Positions 40,239 through 50,527 of a stretch of DNA of 64,000 nt are shown here, piece by piece. A program made the position numbers and the translations under genes. The notes under the pieces are model-generated. The model was not told where the DNA came from, did not search any database, and saw only the letters and a list, made by a program, of their open reading frames with translations. Each line of letters begins with the position of its first letter. Position 1 is the stretch's first letter. Source of the stretch: Girardia tigrina (Eukaryota); NCBI GenBank assembly GCA_001938485.1, contig MQRK01217482.1:3811-67810 (forward strand), in the 5' to 3' direction.

Positions 40239-41075
40239 TTAGAATTCATTTTCGACTAACTTCAACGGAGGAATATATTTTACTGATCGAAATGATGGAT
40301 TCGTTCGAGAACTAAAATTTGTGAGATCTTGATCCATTAATGAGTATCCTGGAGAAGGAGGAGATAAGGAAGAATCATAGTTGTAACGCTTTTTAATGAG
40401 AGGCATGGTTTTGTTTTTGTTATTAAGAAGTTCTAAATGATCTGTTTTCTTTGGATTGAAGTCAAAGTCCGTGTTTAGATTTTGATTATGTTCTTTACTG
40501 TCTATCATTAAATTCGTACTCGATTTACAATTATTTATATTATTTTCATCTGATAACTTTCGGATGGGATGAATGGAAATCGGTTTAGCGTACGTATCAG
40601 ATATACTCGGTTGAATATTGTCCATTTTTCTCAAGAAATCATACGTATCAAAACTGTTGCATTTTTTCAGTTCAATATTCGGATTTTGATGTAAAAGAGA
40701 TATTTTCGTTTTGGTATTCTCACGTTTTGGATAAAATGTTGCAATTAGATAAATCAAAACGATAATAATCGCTAGAACAAGAATGATTATTAATGATATT
40801 CCAATCTTGAACCAGTTTCCTTGATATGACATGCCGGCCTTTTGGATAACGGGAGCCTGGGTGATGACTGGACAAACATTCCTTTCAGGGGTGGGACAAC
40901 TGAATTTCACACAGACAACATGATTCTCATGTAATGTCGTTGACTTTTTTAAACTTATATCCAAATTAAAATCTGGATGAAATTCCGTATAGTCGACTTG
41001 AAACTTTGTGTCTTTTTCCGCGTAATTTCTCAAAGGAAATACCATTTCACCAAGCGGAGTTGAGGAAGATCTAAT
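40239..41075 (-). CDS. Exon 2 of a 379-aa single-pass type I membrane protein (unknown family)
   Basis: Acceptor TTTTTAG|ATT gives IRSSSTPLGE in frame with the 268-aa ORF. TM IGISLIIILVLAIIIVLIYLIATFY is followed by PKR and a ~160-aa cytoplasmic tail. Minus-strand AATAAA at 40004-40009. Confidence 0.85.
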   Translation of the reverse strand: MRSSSTPLGEMVFPLRNYAEKDTKFQVDYTEFHPDFNLDISLKKSTTLHENHVVCVKFSCPTPERNVCPVITQAPVIQKAGMSYQGNWFKIGISLIIILVLAIIIVLIYLIATFYPKRENTKTKISLLHQNPNIELKKCNSFDTYDFLRKMDNIQPSISDTYAKPISIHPIRKLSDENNINNCKSSTNLMIDSKEHNQNLNTDFDFNPKKTDHLELLNNKNKTMPLIKKRYNYDSSLSPPSPGYSLMDQDLTNFSSRTNPSFRSVKYIPPLKLVENEF

Positions 41076-41127
41076 CTAAAAACGTTTGGAACACAAAATA
41101 GATTTAAAAATAATATAATAATAATAC
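41076..41127 (-). other. 52-nt GT-AG intron (phase 0)
   Basis: GAG|GTATTA...TTTTTAG|ATT; AT-rich, and it joins the two ORFs in frame. Confidence 0.85.
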
Positions 41128-41430
41128 CTCATGTATAAAAACCATCAATTCCTCTAATCCCAATACAATACTGGAATATTTTTCACATTCTTTTTGTGGA
41201 TTGTAAATAGAATAATGTAACAAATGAAAAGTTAAATTACATTGTCTTAATTCTCCTTCGCTTTTGTATTTGGAATATTTGGGATCATTGTGAAACATTC
41301 TGACTTGAAAGGGTTTTTGTTTCGTTGTTGGCGACTTCCTTCCGGTACTAATTTGAGCTTCAATGATTTGACGTAAATCACCGAAAACTATTACAACAGC
41401 AAAGAAAATATTCCCAAAATTTAAATACAT
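41128..41430 (-). CDS. Exon 1 of the membrane-protein gene (signal peptide + ectodomain start)
   Basis: ATG at 41430: MYLNFGNIFFAVVIVFG (hydrophobic N-terminus), open for 101 codons to the donor. Confidence 0.8.
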
Positions 41431-41439
41431 TTCAAAGAG

Positions 41440-42700
41440 AAAAAAAAGCAAATAATTTTTTTTTCAAAAGTTCAAAAATAAATTTAAAATTATGTTTGGC
41501 TTTTCCAAAAATATTTATTTCACTTTTTCTAATTGGTGAAAATTCTGATACACAATTTATTAAACAACTAACCAGTATCCCTCGTATGACATAATTTTAT
41601 TTATATATATTTCTCTGTCATTTGATTGGTGGAAATTGTTACAAATTCGAATCTTCTCCCGCTAAATACTTTCGTCCTGAAAGAGAAAATAAAAACGAAT
41701 TTCTTTGGGAAAATTTATTTTTTGATTATTATTTTCCAAAAAAATACCCTAAAAATTTGAATACCCCTATTATCCGGTTTGTCTTTTGACACACGGGGGA
41801 GAACGACCCCAATCTCAACGAAAAATAAATCGGAACAATAAATACTTCGTGTGTAATACTAAATATAATTTAGAGTCAAAATATTATTAAATAATTTTTA
41901 AGTGTTTATTAATTACTCTAAAAGAATCGCATAAATAACACCCCAATTGTTTACAATCTTCATCGATAGGAATCACTTTTCACGAGATTAGTCAATTAGT
42001 GTATGTGCAGCAAATTTAGACATTAAAAGGGAACAACGAATCGTGCATCCCAAAATCAAATGTTTGCGTCTCGATTTTGGTTTTATTTTTTTCCGAGAGA
42101 AAATTGAGGATTTTTTCCAAAATTTTTTTTGTTCGAAAATGCAATATTTTCTTTGAAAATAATACATTAATTAATGTCCCCTTTTTTTGATTGACAATAT
42201 TTAATATTAATTGATTGGAAAAGTTGTTTGGAGAATGTTTGTTTTTATTTCTCTTACAAAATAAATAGAAATTAATTAAATTAAAATTCGAAAGAAAAAT
42301 TGAGGGGGGACGGCGTTTTATTTTTTGATGGATTATTTGTATATTTTTGTAGGAAAAAAATCGTGAAACGAAATATTGTCAAAGGAAAAATTTGATTACT
42401 GAAAAAAACGATATATTTATGATAAAATGGTTTGATAATGATGTTTCACGTGTTTGGAAGTAGATACGTTAGGGTAGCGCGAGAAAAAAAAACATTAAAG
42501 AAAAATGGGAAAAATTCGTTTTTTCCGGGATTTTTTTAATATTTTTGATTTCAGATATTATTAATATTACACTTATAATTTTAGAAAAAATATTTATAAA
42601 CACGATCATTAAAGCTTCTCTTTAACAGATTTGTGTAGAAGAAGGGAAAACTTTAGATTGCGTCCCCCTTTGAAGACTTTTGAAGTTATATAAAATATGT
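41440..42700. promoter_or_regulatory. Putative promoter / upstream regulatory region of the membrane-protein gene
   Basis: No recognisable transposon sequence, relatively CpG-rich with poly(dA:dT) tracts. ATTGG (CCAAT on the gene strand) near 41533, 41625 and 42214. Confidence 0.35.
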
Positions 42701-43739
42701 ATATTTTTTGAAATAATCACTAAAATTTTAAATTAATAAGAAATAATATAAAAAGGTTTTTTCACTTTATTAATTGAAATATTAATCGTAATAATTAATT
42801 GTTTAGGACGCATACGTATATGAAATAATTTTAAAGTAATAAATCAAGAAAATGTATTTTTAAATAACTTTTTTATTAAATTTGCAGGATTTTTAAAAAT
42901 AATTATCAAATTTTTATAACATGTTACTTGAACTTTTTTTTAATAATTTTGAAAATACTCAGCTTTTTGGGACTCCAAAACACAAACGAAAATGTTTTAG
43001 ATCATGTTTTTACCACAAAAATTATCAAGCCTTTTTTTGACCAATAAAAAATTATTAAAATTTTTAAATTAAAAAAAATCGAAATTCGTGAAAATTTTAA
43101 TTAGATTATAGATTTAATGAAATTTAATGGGTGATTTATTTTTTTATAATTTAATTTAAATTTTTAAAATTTTAATTGTTTTTAATCATGTTTTTTTTTA
43201 ATTTTTTATAATTTTATAATCATGTTTATTTTTGAACCACAAAAAATAACAAGTTTTTTCTTTACCACTTTTGGTTAAAAAAACATGATCCAATGTTTCT
43301 TTAAATTTGGAAATTACATAACCAAAATTTCCTGTTTGTCTTCAATTTTTTAAATTATACAATCATTTCACCAAGATTAAACAATCTTTTGCAAATTCTA
43401 AATTACCAAACATATTTAGAAACTATTTTTCATATGATTTAAGTTTAGAAATGATTTTTTTGTGGAAGATTAACCAAGAAGAACTTCGATTTACCATGAA
43501 AATGCTGTCAACAAAGCTCAGCTTCAGTGTTTGTACAGCCCCGACAAATTAAGATTCCATGGGTATCTGAAAACTGGGCTTCAGATTCGTAGCCCGCTTC
43601 TTGACTGATGAAATGATGTTAAACCGCTTGTAATGCAGTTAGAACAACTTGAACCTGTGGGACAAGCATAGTAAAATTTTCGTGACAAATTTAATTACGA
43701 AGGGTGCAACTCCCCTCCAGCGAATTCAACACATTAATA

Positions 43740-44521
43740 TAATTACTTTTGAAAAAATATGCAAATCATTGGATCATTATCTTCCTGAGAGATGGATTCC
43801 TCATTCAGTCCTAATCTAAGGACAGCTACAAAGAAATTTCCGACAAAATCTCTTGAAATATCAGCTGTGGAGTTTGAAAAAGAGAATAAGAAGGTTCTTT
43901 CTGATAAGAAGGTTCAGCGTGACTTAAGACATTCTGGTCCTATAAGTGCTATCACAATGAAATTATCACTCATATTAAAAAAAAGAAACATCACAGATCT
44001 ATTATGAATAGCGTTGATGTTGTCTACCTGAACTTTAAAACACTTATACAAGGCTATTTTCAGTGATGCGATGAAAATAAACCTCCGATGTTTTCCTCCG
44101 ATGGTAGAGTCAAAATTTACTTCCATCTACTAATATTGTACCAACATTTATGCATGGTGGAGAAAGTTTAATTATTCTGGTATGTTTGTCCATCAAAGGT
44201 GTTAAAAAATTGGTTTTCATTGACGAAATAATGGATAAAATATAATATTAAAGACTTTTAGCTAAAAAATATTGATGAAATCGTAAGAGTTTTAGGTGGA
44301 TATATGTCGTTTTAAGATCTAAAATCCGGTTTTTTATCGAACAAGTAAATTACAATGAACTTTTTTTGCAATATCATTGTAAAATTAAGTGCTTGCAAAT
44401 AAAATGTTTTCTGCCTTCTTTTATTTATTGGTTTTAGTAATATTAATGCTATTTTACTTTAGAAAAGAGATTACACATAAATTTTATTTTTTCTAAGTGT
44501 CCGGTTTTTTGTTCCACAGTG
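43740..44521 (+). mobile_element. Decayed Tc1-like (IS630-Tc1) element
   Basis: IFSD...PTFMHGGES..VC..KGVKKLVFIDEIMD (Tc1 KHGGGS region); right TIR rc CACTGTGGAACAAAAAACCGGACAC. Confidence 0.65.
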
Positions 44522-45143
44522 AATTTAAGGACTCAGCAAAAATATAATACTGTGTTTCCCATAATATAATCGAGGAATTGTACTAAGAACTTATTTCCGA
44601 GGTACACTTTATTTTCAAAAATATTAAATTCAATTAATTAATAAAATACTCTAAATTTAATTAATCAATGATAATACAATCATTCATCGCATCAATTGTC
44701 CTAAATTATAGTTGAAAACATGTTTCGTAAGTTTTCATATTTGTATATTGCAGTTTCTTTATGGTTCTAATTACCAAAGAGATATCCAGTTTGAAAGCAT
44801 TCTTTACAGTTTTCTTTATATAACTCTAAACTGATGATATGTATGTACAATGATTTCCTTTGGTGACATTTCAGGTTTCTTCTTGAATTTCTTTGCAAGA
44901 TGATTGCCATATATTAAAAAAATTCCTTTTTGATTTCATCCTTGGATGGATTATTGATGACGCGATACAATGATTGCAAATACACAACTAGACGTCGGCA
45001 CATTAAAAATTTTCTTAACGTTTAAACGGTCTTAGTTTAGCGTAATAAACGTTTCAAAAACGTTTAAACAATCTCTAACTAGACGGAGAAACAGCAACTA
45101 AGCTATATTTTCTTCAACGTCAATTAATTTCGATAATTCCATG

Positions 45144-45676
45144 TGTGAGGAATATTTTACATTTGGTATGTTGAAATTGGTTTGTTGAATTTTGTATGTT
45201 GAGTTTAATATTTGGAAATGTGTTTCTCCCACCCAGATGGAAAATTGATATTTTAGATGTTCACGATAAATAATTATTCNNNNNNNNNNNNNNNNNNNNN
45301 NNNNNNNNNNNNNNNNNNNNNNNNNNNNNNNNNNNNNNNNNNNNNNNNNNNNNNNNNNNNNNNNNNNNNNNNNNNNNNNNNNNNNNNNNNNNNNNNNNNN
45401 NNNNNNNNNNNNNNNNNNNNNNNNNNNNNNNNNNNNNNNNNNNNNAATTAATATGTAAATAAAATTGATACTAAAATTACCAAATTTGAACTGTAAAAAT
45501 AAAATCTGAAAATAATGAAAAATTTGTTCGAATAATTGTTTATTAACAAACATTAATAAAAAATCATCAATTTAGAACGATGTCGAATGACGAGAGTTTT
45601 GCTGAGAATTGTCCAAAAGACAATTCTGACTGTATTGAAAATAAAAGTTTGAAAACCCATGTTGGTGTTCTTTATA
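45144..45676 (+). mobile_element. Solo LTR, TGTGAGG family, perfect 5-bp TSD CCATG
   Basis: CCATG|TGTGAGGAAT...GTTCTTTATA|CCATG; spans an N gap (45280-45445). Confidence 0.85.
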
Positions 45677-46486
45677 CCATGGTTTAGAAATTCTTAAACA
45701 GTTTTATTCGAACATTTGATACAAAAATAATGGTATAATTGCAATAATCACATCATTTTTACATATCTGTCACATTCAATGAATGCTCCATGAAAATTCT
45801 TTGATTGCCGGCATTAGATTTTAGATTTTATGTCGTCGAAATATTTTGAATGTCGCATTCACTTTTTCTATCTCAATTGTGTAGAAACCCAACTAAATGT
45901 ATTGTTAGAAAAATGTAACAGATAACGAAGAACAGATTTTAGTAAATAGGTTCAAAACATAGTACAACAACCATTTTTTTTCAATATTCAAAGAAAATTC
46001 AGAGTTTGAGTTCTAAACACTCTGCAATCCAATCCGTTTCACTTGTTTCTGAACATTTTGACCGAAATGAAAGTGAATGCTTTTTTTATAATACCATTGC
46101 GAGAAGTGGTTGCAACATGAATATCAGAATTCATTTTTTAACACCAAAATTTATTATTATAACAACAATTTACATATTTAAACAATTTTTCTGTTAATTT
46201 AATTATCTCGCCACAAATTAATCTATTAAATTTTTTCGATTCAATTTTTAACATCTTGCAAATTTATTAAATAATTTTCACATTAAAACTAAAAACTTAT
46301 TTTAAAATTTATTTAAAATTGTTCCATAACTTCTATTAAACTATATAAATTGATATACCTGTAAAAATATTTTTATTTATAAATAAATATTTAATATTTA
46401 ATGGTTTTCTTATCATTTTTTAATTTTAAGATATTTAAGATATTTAAATATATTTTTCATTTGTCAATTGTTTATTTTTGTATATA

Positions 46487-47817
46487 CTTAGGCTGTCTAA
46501 TAAGTTCCCGGAATATGTCATGCACGTACATGCATAAATGTATACACGTAAATATTGTATTAGAATGAAGCCACCAATCAGCTGCTTTGGCCAATCATAG
46601 AGTCACACACTTATCCACTCTCTTCTCATTGTGACAGCCCATTATTGCTGCTAACATAGTTAAGGTGCACCGTTGACGCGTTATGGATTTACAGAAAGAA
46701 CTTTTTCGTGCATACATTTACTTAGAAATGCTACGGGGACGTAAACCATGTGAAATATATAAGCAGCTGCAAGATACTAACCTGGATATTCCTTCACAGA
46801 TAACTGTATTCGAGTGGTACAAACGATTTAAAGATGGAAGGCAATTCCTTGTTGATCATCCAAGATGCGGCCGCCCAACCACATCTTCAACCGCTGAAAA
46901 TATGCATATTATCAAAGCGATTGCGGATGAAGAACCAAGGATATCTCTTAGAGCAGTAAGTGAATCGACTGGCCTGTCTAAAGATACTGTTAGACAGATT
47001 TTCACAAATCAGCTTGAATTGCGAAAGATTTGTTCGACATGGATTCCACATCACCTCTCAGAAGCAAACAAACGAAACAGGATTTGGTGTGCTCAAAGCA
47101 TCATCGCCTTATTTGAAAACCATTCCATCGCTTATCTGTTACACCATTGGGCGACAGAGGATGAGAGTTGGTTTCTGTATGAAACAGCACTGACAAAACA
47201 GCATAATCAGGCATGGCGTCATCCCACCCAACCAAAACTCACTGTTGTCCGCCCGAAGCTAACAAACAAGAAAACTCATCTCTTGCTGGCATTCACTGGT
47301 GATAAAAAGATAAGTGCTGACATTTGCTCTCCTGGAGAGACTGTGAACTCAGAGCGTTATGTGGAATTTGTTCGTTCAACTGGGGAAAAATGGCGACATG
47401 TTCACAGACACCCAAAAAAGCTGACGAAATTGTTGTGGCAACACGATAACGCACGCCCTCACACATCAAAAGAAACAATGGAATTCTTTCATCATCGTGG
47501 AGTGACACTCATCAAACAAAGCCCATATAGCCCTGATATGAATCAGTGTGATTGATGGGTGTTCAAACACGTGAAACATTCATTTCGAGGGCAGAAATTC
47601 GTGGATGGTAATGAGGTGAAAGGAAGAGCGGTGCAGGTGCTCCGCGGTCTCCCTGAAGAGAAGTTTCGTCAAGAATTGTTATCATTGTATGAACATTGCA
47701 AACTAGTTGTAATTAATCATGGAAATTATATAGTTTAAATATAATATAGAATTGTTTGGAATTTTTCATAGAAGTCACTTTTTTAAACAATCCCGGGAAC
47801 TTATTAGACAGCCCAAA
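46487..47817 (+). mobile_element. Full-length mariner (DD34D)
   Basis: TIRs CTTAGGCTGTCTAATAAGTTCCCGGAAT / rc TTTGGGCTGTCTAATAAGTTCCCGGGAT, TA TSDs, 1331 bp long. Confidence 0.95.
46683..47738 (+). pseudogene. mariner transposase with a single in-frame TGA (47553-55)
   Basis: WIPHHL, TEDESW, HDNARPH, PYSPDMNQCD (D34D). The same frame continues WVFKHVK...NHGNYIV* to 47738. Confidence 0.92.
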
Positions 47818-48118
47818 TATATGAGGGGGTGAACAGACTTATGAATCATACTGTATATTAAACGAATCCGAAATAGACTGATTGTGTGATTGGGTTCACT
47901 CGGAATTAAAGAAGGCAGATGTCTTAACTAGAGTAGCCAAAAAATGGACAGAAAGGAAATGTTTTAGTGTTCAACAAGAGGGAAAATTAAATGAGGCAAG
48001 CATGAGTCACGAGCGACATCATTTTGGGATCGATAAAAGTCGTTTGATAGCAGAAAAAGAAGGTATTAAAGTTCTCAAAGGGGATTAGGAGAGTGTTGTT
48101 CGAAACTGTCAACGGTGT

Positions 48119-48459
48119 AGACCTCCTCCCCACCTGTGGCTACACATGATTGCTCTTGTGGCACTTACCCAGGGCTAATAGCTCATAGAACTTTTCAGAA
48201 GTTGAGCCGGTTGTATCATTGTGCAGGCAAACTTGCCTACCCTCGACTAATCATTGGCCCCGCCATTACGCGTTTCCATATTCCCGCTCAAAATAGCATA
48301 CCTTTGCGAGCCCTTGCCCTCCATACAATGTTGGTCAGCACCCCAACAAGGCAAGCTTCGGACACTTTAGCCTAGAGAAGAGAGTTCTAGTTTCCCAGGG
48401 ACACCGCGTGAAGGTATATCCGACTGGCTTAACACAGGTTACCTATTAAACAGGTCCTA
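48119..48459 (-). mobile_element. 341-bp non-autonomous non-LTR retroelement with 5' HDV-like ribozyme
   Basis: Flanked by GTCAACGGTGT (48108-18) and GTCAATGGTGT (48460-70). Removing the insert rejoins the integrase CQRC-xSIDP. About 50% GC, no long ORF on the ribozyme strand, 3' end ...GTGGGGAGGAGG. Confidence 0.8.
48358..48459 (-). ncRNA. HDV-like (nested double-pseudoknot) self-cleaving ribozyme
   Basis: Minus strand: P1 (ua)GGAC / J1/2 / P2 UCGGAUAU / P3 ACC / L3 UUCACGC / P3 GGU / P1 GUCCCU / GG (P1.1) GAAA / P4 CUAGA..UCUAG / J4/2 GCUAAA (catalytic C at 48370) / P2 GUGUCCGA. Confidence 0.8.
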
Positions 48460-49287
48460 GTCAATGGTGTTAAAGTATTGATCCGCTCCTATAAATTTAT
48501 CGGTAGAAAAATGTTGTGAAAGTTTGGCTATAGATCATACTCATTATAAAAATAGAGTATACTTATCAGAAATCGATAGTGGAACCAGTCGATTCTCAAT
48601 CTGGAGAGAAGTAAAAACTGAAGGAGCCGACAATGTAATAAAAATTTTCGATTAGTTATTTATGGAGCATGGAGCTTCCATAGAAATCTTTGTCAACAAT
48701 GGAGAAGCTTTTACAGATGACAAATTCAAAAAGTTTTTTTATTAAATGGAGCGTCAAGACCAATTATCGATGTGTACATAGACCAAGTACGAATGGTATC
48801 GAATATTGATATTGATGAAGCTGTGTATTGGTTTAATATTGGTCCTAAAAGAAGAAAAGATGGAATTAAATCGCCAAGTAATATATTATTTAACTACAAT
48901 TGGAGGTTAATAGGGGAAAAAATAAATGTGGAACCGATGAGTGACGACTGTAGTATGTGTTAAGCCGAATCAACATGTTCGATGTACAAGCCAATAGGGT
49001 CGTGACATAATCACTAAAAATTAGTCACAATAAATAGGAAGTATATGAAGTTTCGAAACTTATCCAGGATATCAAAAAACGATCTGACAATCAGAATAAT
49101 TCCAAAAACGAGCTTATTGGTGATTTAGAAAACAGTTTAAACGAGAATGAAGTAACTGATGAGGAGTCGAGTGTTGAAGAGTTTACAGATCAAATAGAGC
49201 GTGACGAGCAACGAAGAAGCAAACGAGAGAGAAGAAAACCACCGTGGCACAGAGATTACGAAATGGGAAACTGACTTCTGGCGGGGA

Positions 49288-49428
49288 TGTACTAATGTTG
49301 TTAAAATATACGAAATTAAATTTGTTTAAATACGTGATTAAAAGCACGAAAGCAGAATTTGAATTTCGTGTTACATTTCAATAAAATTTATTGTCGTTTA
49401 ATTGTGCCTTATTTATGGTGATATTACA
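49288..49428 (+). mobile_element. 3' LTR (141 bp) of the Gypsy integrase remnant
   Basis: TGTACTA...TATTACA termini after the PPT; AATAAA at ~49380. Confidence 0.75.
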
Positions 49429-49429
49429 T

Positions 49430-49975
49430 TATCTTTTCAATATGGTTTAGATGAAAAATTCAGTATATTGCTAAGACATATTTGTGTACTAGCACTTTTT
49501 TCCTCATGATGAGATTCCTGATGCATTTGACATTTTGAAACCACAATTACCATTGATTGCAGAAGAACCGGCAAACTTGTTTTAAGAAAATTATATTCGT
49601 GGCTGGATTAGTCGACAATTGTCTGATTGAACAATGATTCGAACATGTTTCTTATTTTCTACGATATTGTGATCCGTATTTGATTCGATTTCAACAGGAA
49701 TTCCCTGTACCCAAAACACAGTGAAAGCCTGGCATCGAAGATGGCAAATTATAATTGGACAGATGCCTGTTGGAGTTTTTTTTACTATTATTCGAAATAT
49801 TCGAAATAACAGCAAAATGAAATTTTAATTGAAAGCTTAATACGTGGGGAACCTAATCCTCAGCGCAAGAAAAATTTAATTAATAGAGAAACAAGAATAA
49901 TCTCAGTAGTTAGAAATCACGAAAACAAACTATTACTAGATTATTTATGTGAAATAGTACATAATTTGTCTCTTT
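49430..49975 (+). mobile_element. MULE transposase C-terminal fragment
   Basis: LALFPHDEIPDAF...F*ENYIRG...TQNTVKAWHRRW, matching the RTNNxxEgWH motif. Confidence 0.75.
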
Positions 49976-50527
49976 TTATAAAATTTTTACATTTGGATTT
50001 TTTGATTCTTTTATTCTTTTAGATTATTATTCTTTTTGATTTATTCTATAGATTTTTGATTTTGATTTGCATATTTTAATTATTCGGAAACTTTTATTCT
50101 GAAATTATTTTTATAATTTTAAAGCATTTATATTTTATAATTATAACTTAATACTTATGCAAAATCATATATGGGTTATAAAAATACTGTTTATTTTACA
50201 ATTATTATTTAGTTATTTATTTAAAAAAATATATAAAGATAATTATATATGACTAATAAAAGACACTAAAATAAAATATATATTATTTTAAAATAAAAAA
50301 ATCAATTTAAAAGGAAAAAATCCAATTTAAAATAAGGAATCTCAATTCAAAATGAAAAATGTACAACGACATCCATAACATTTAACATAGTCTTCAAAAC
50401 CACTAATTTTAAATTTATTGTATTTTAAAATAATAAATTTCGTAATAATTAATTTCTGTCTTTTGACACAAATCCGAAAAAAAGAATTTTTGTCTTGTAT
50501 TATATACAAGATCGAAAAAGTTCTTTT

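Larger units (their letters stand above)
47830..49287 (+). mobile_element. Ty3/Gypsy integrase remnant with PPT (interrupted by the 341-bp insert)
   Basis: HHCC HERHHFG...NCQRC|xSIDP; LAIDHTHY; IDSGTSRFSIW; NGEAF; purine tract GGCGGGGA immediately before the LTR. Confidence 0.85.

Noticed and set aside
48315-48365. Twister-like words GUCCGAAGC and GGAGGG on the minus strand of the 341-bp insert
   Set aside because: P4 does not pair and T1 has a G-G mismatch; GUGUCCGA is fully accounted for as the HDV P2 3' strand.
48136-48375. 79-aa plus-strand ORF inside the insert
   Set aside because: GTG start, no motif, and antisense to the ribozyme strand; expected by chance in GC-richer sequence.
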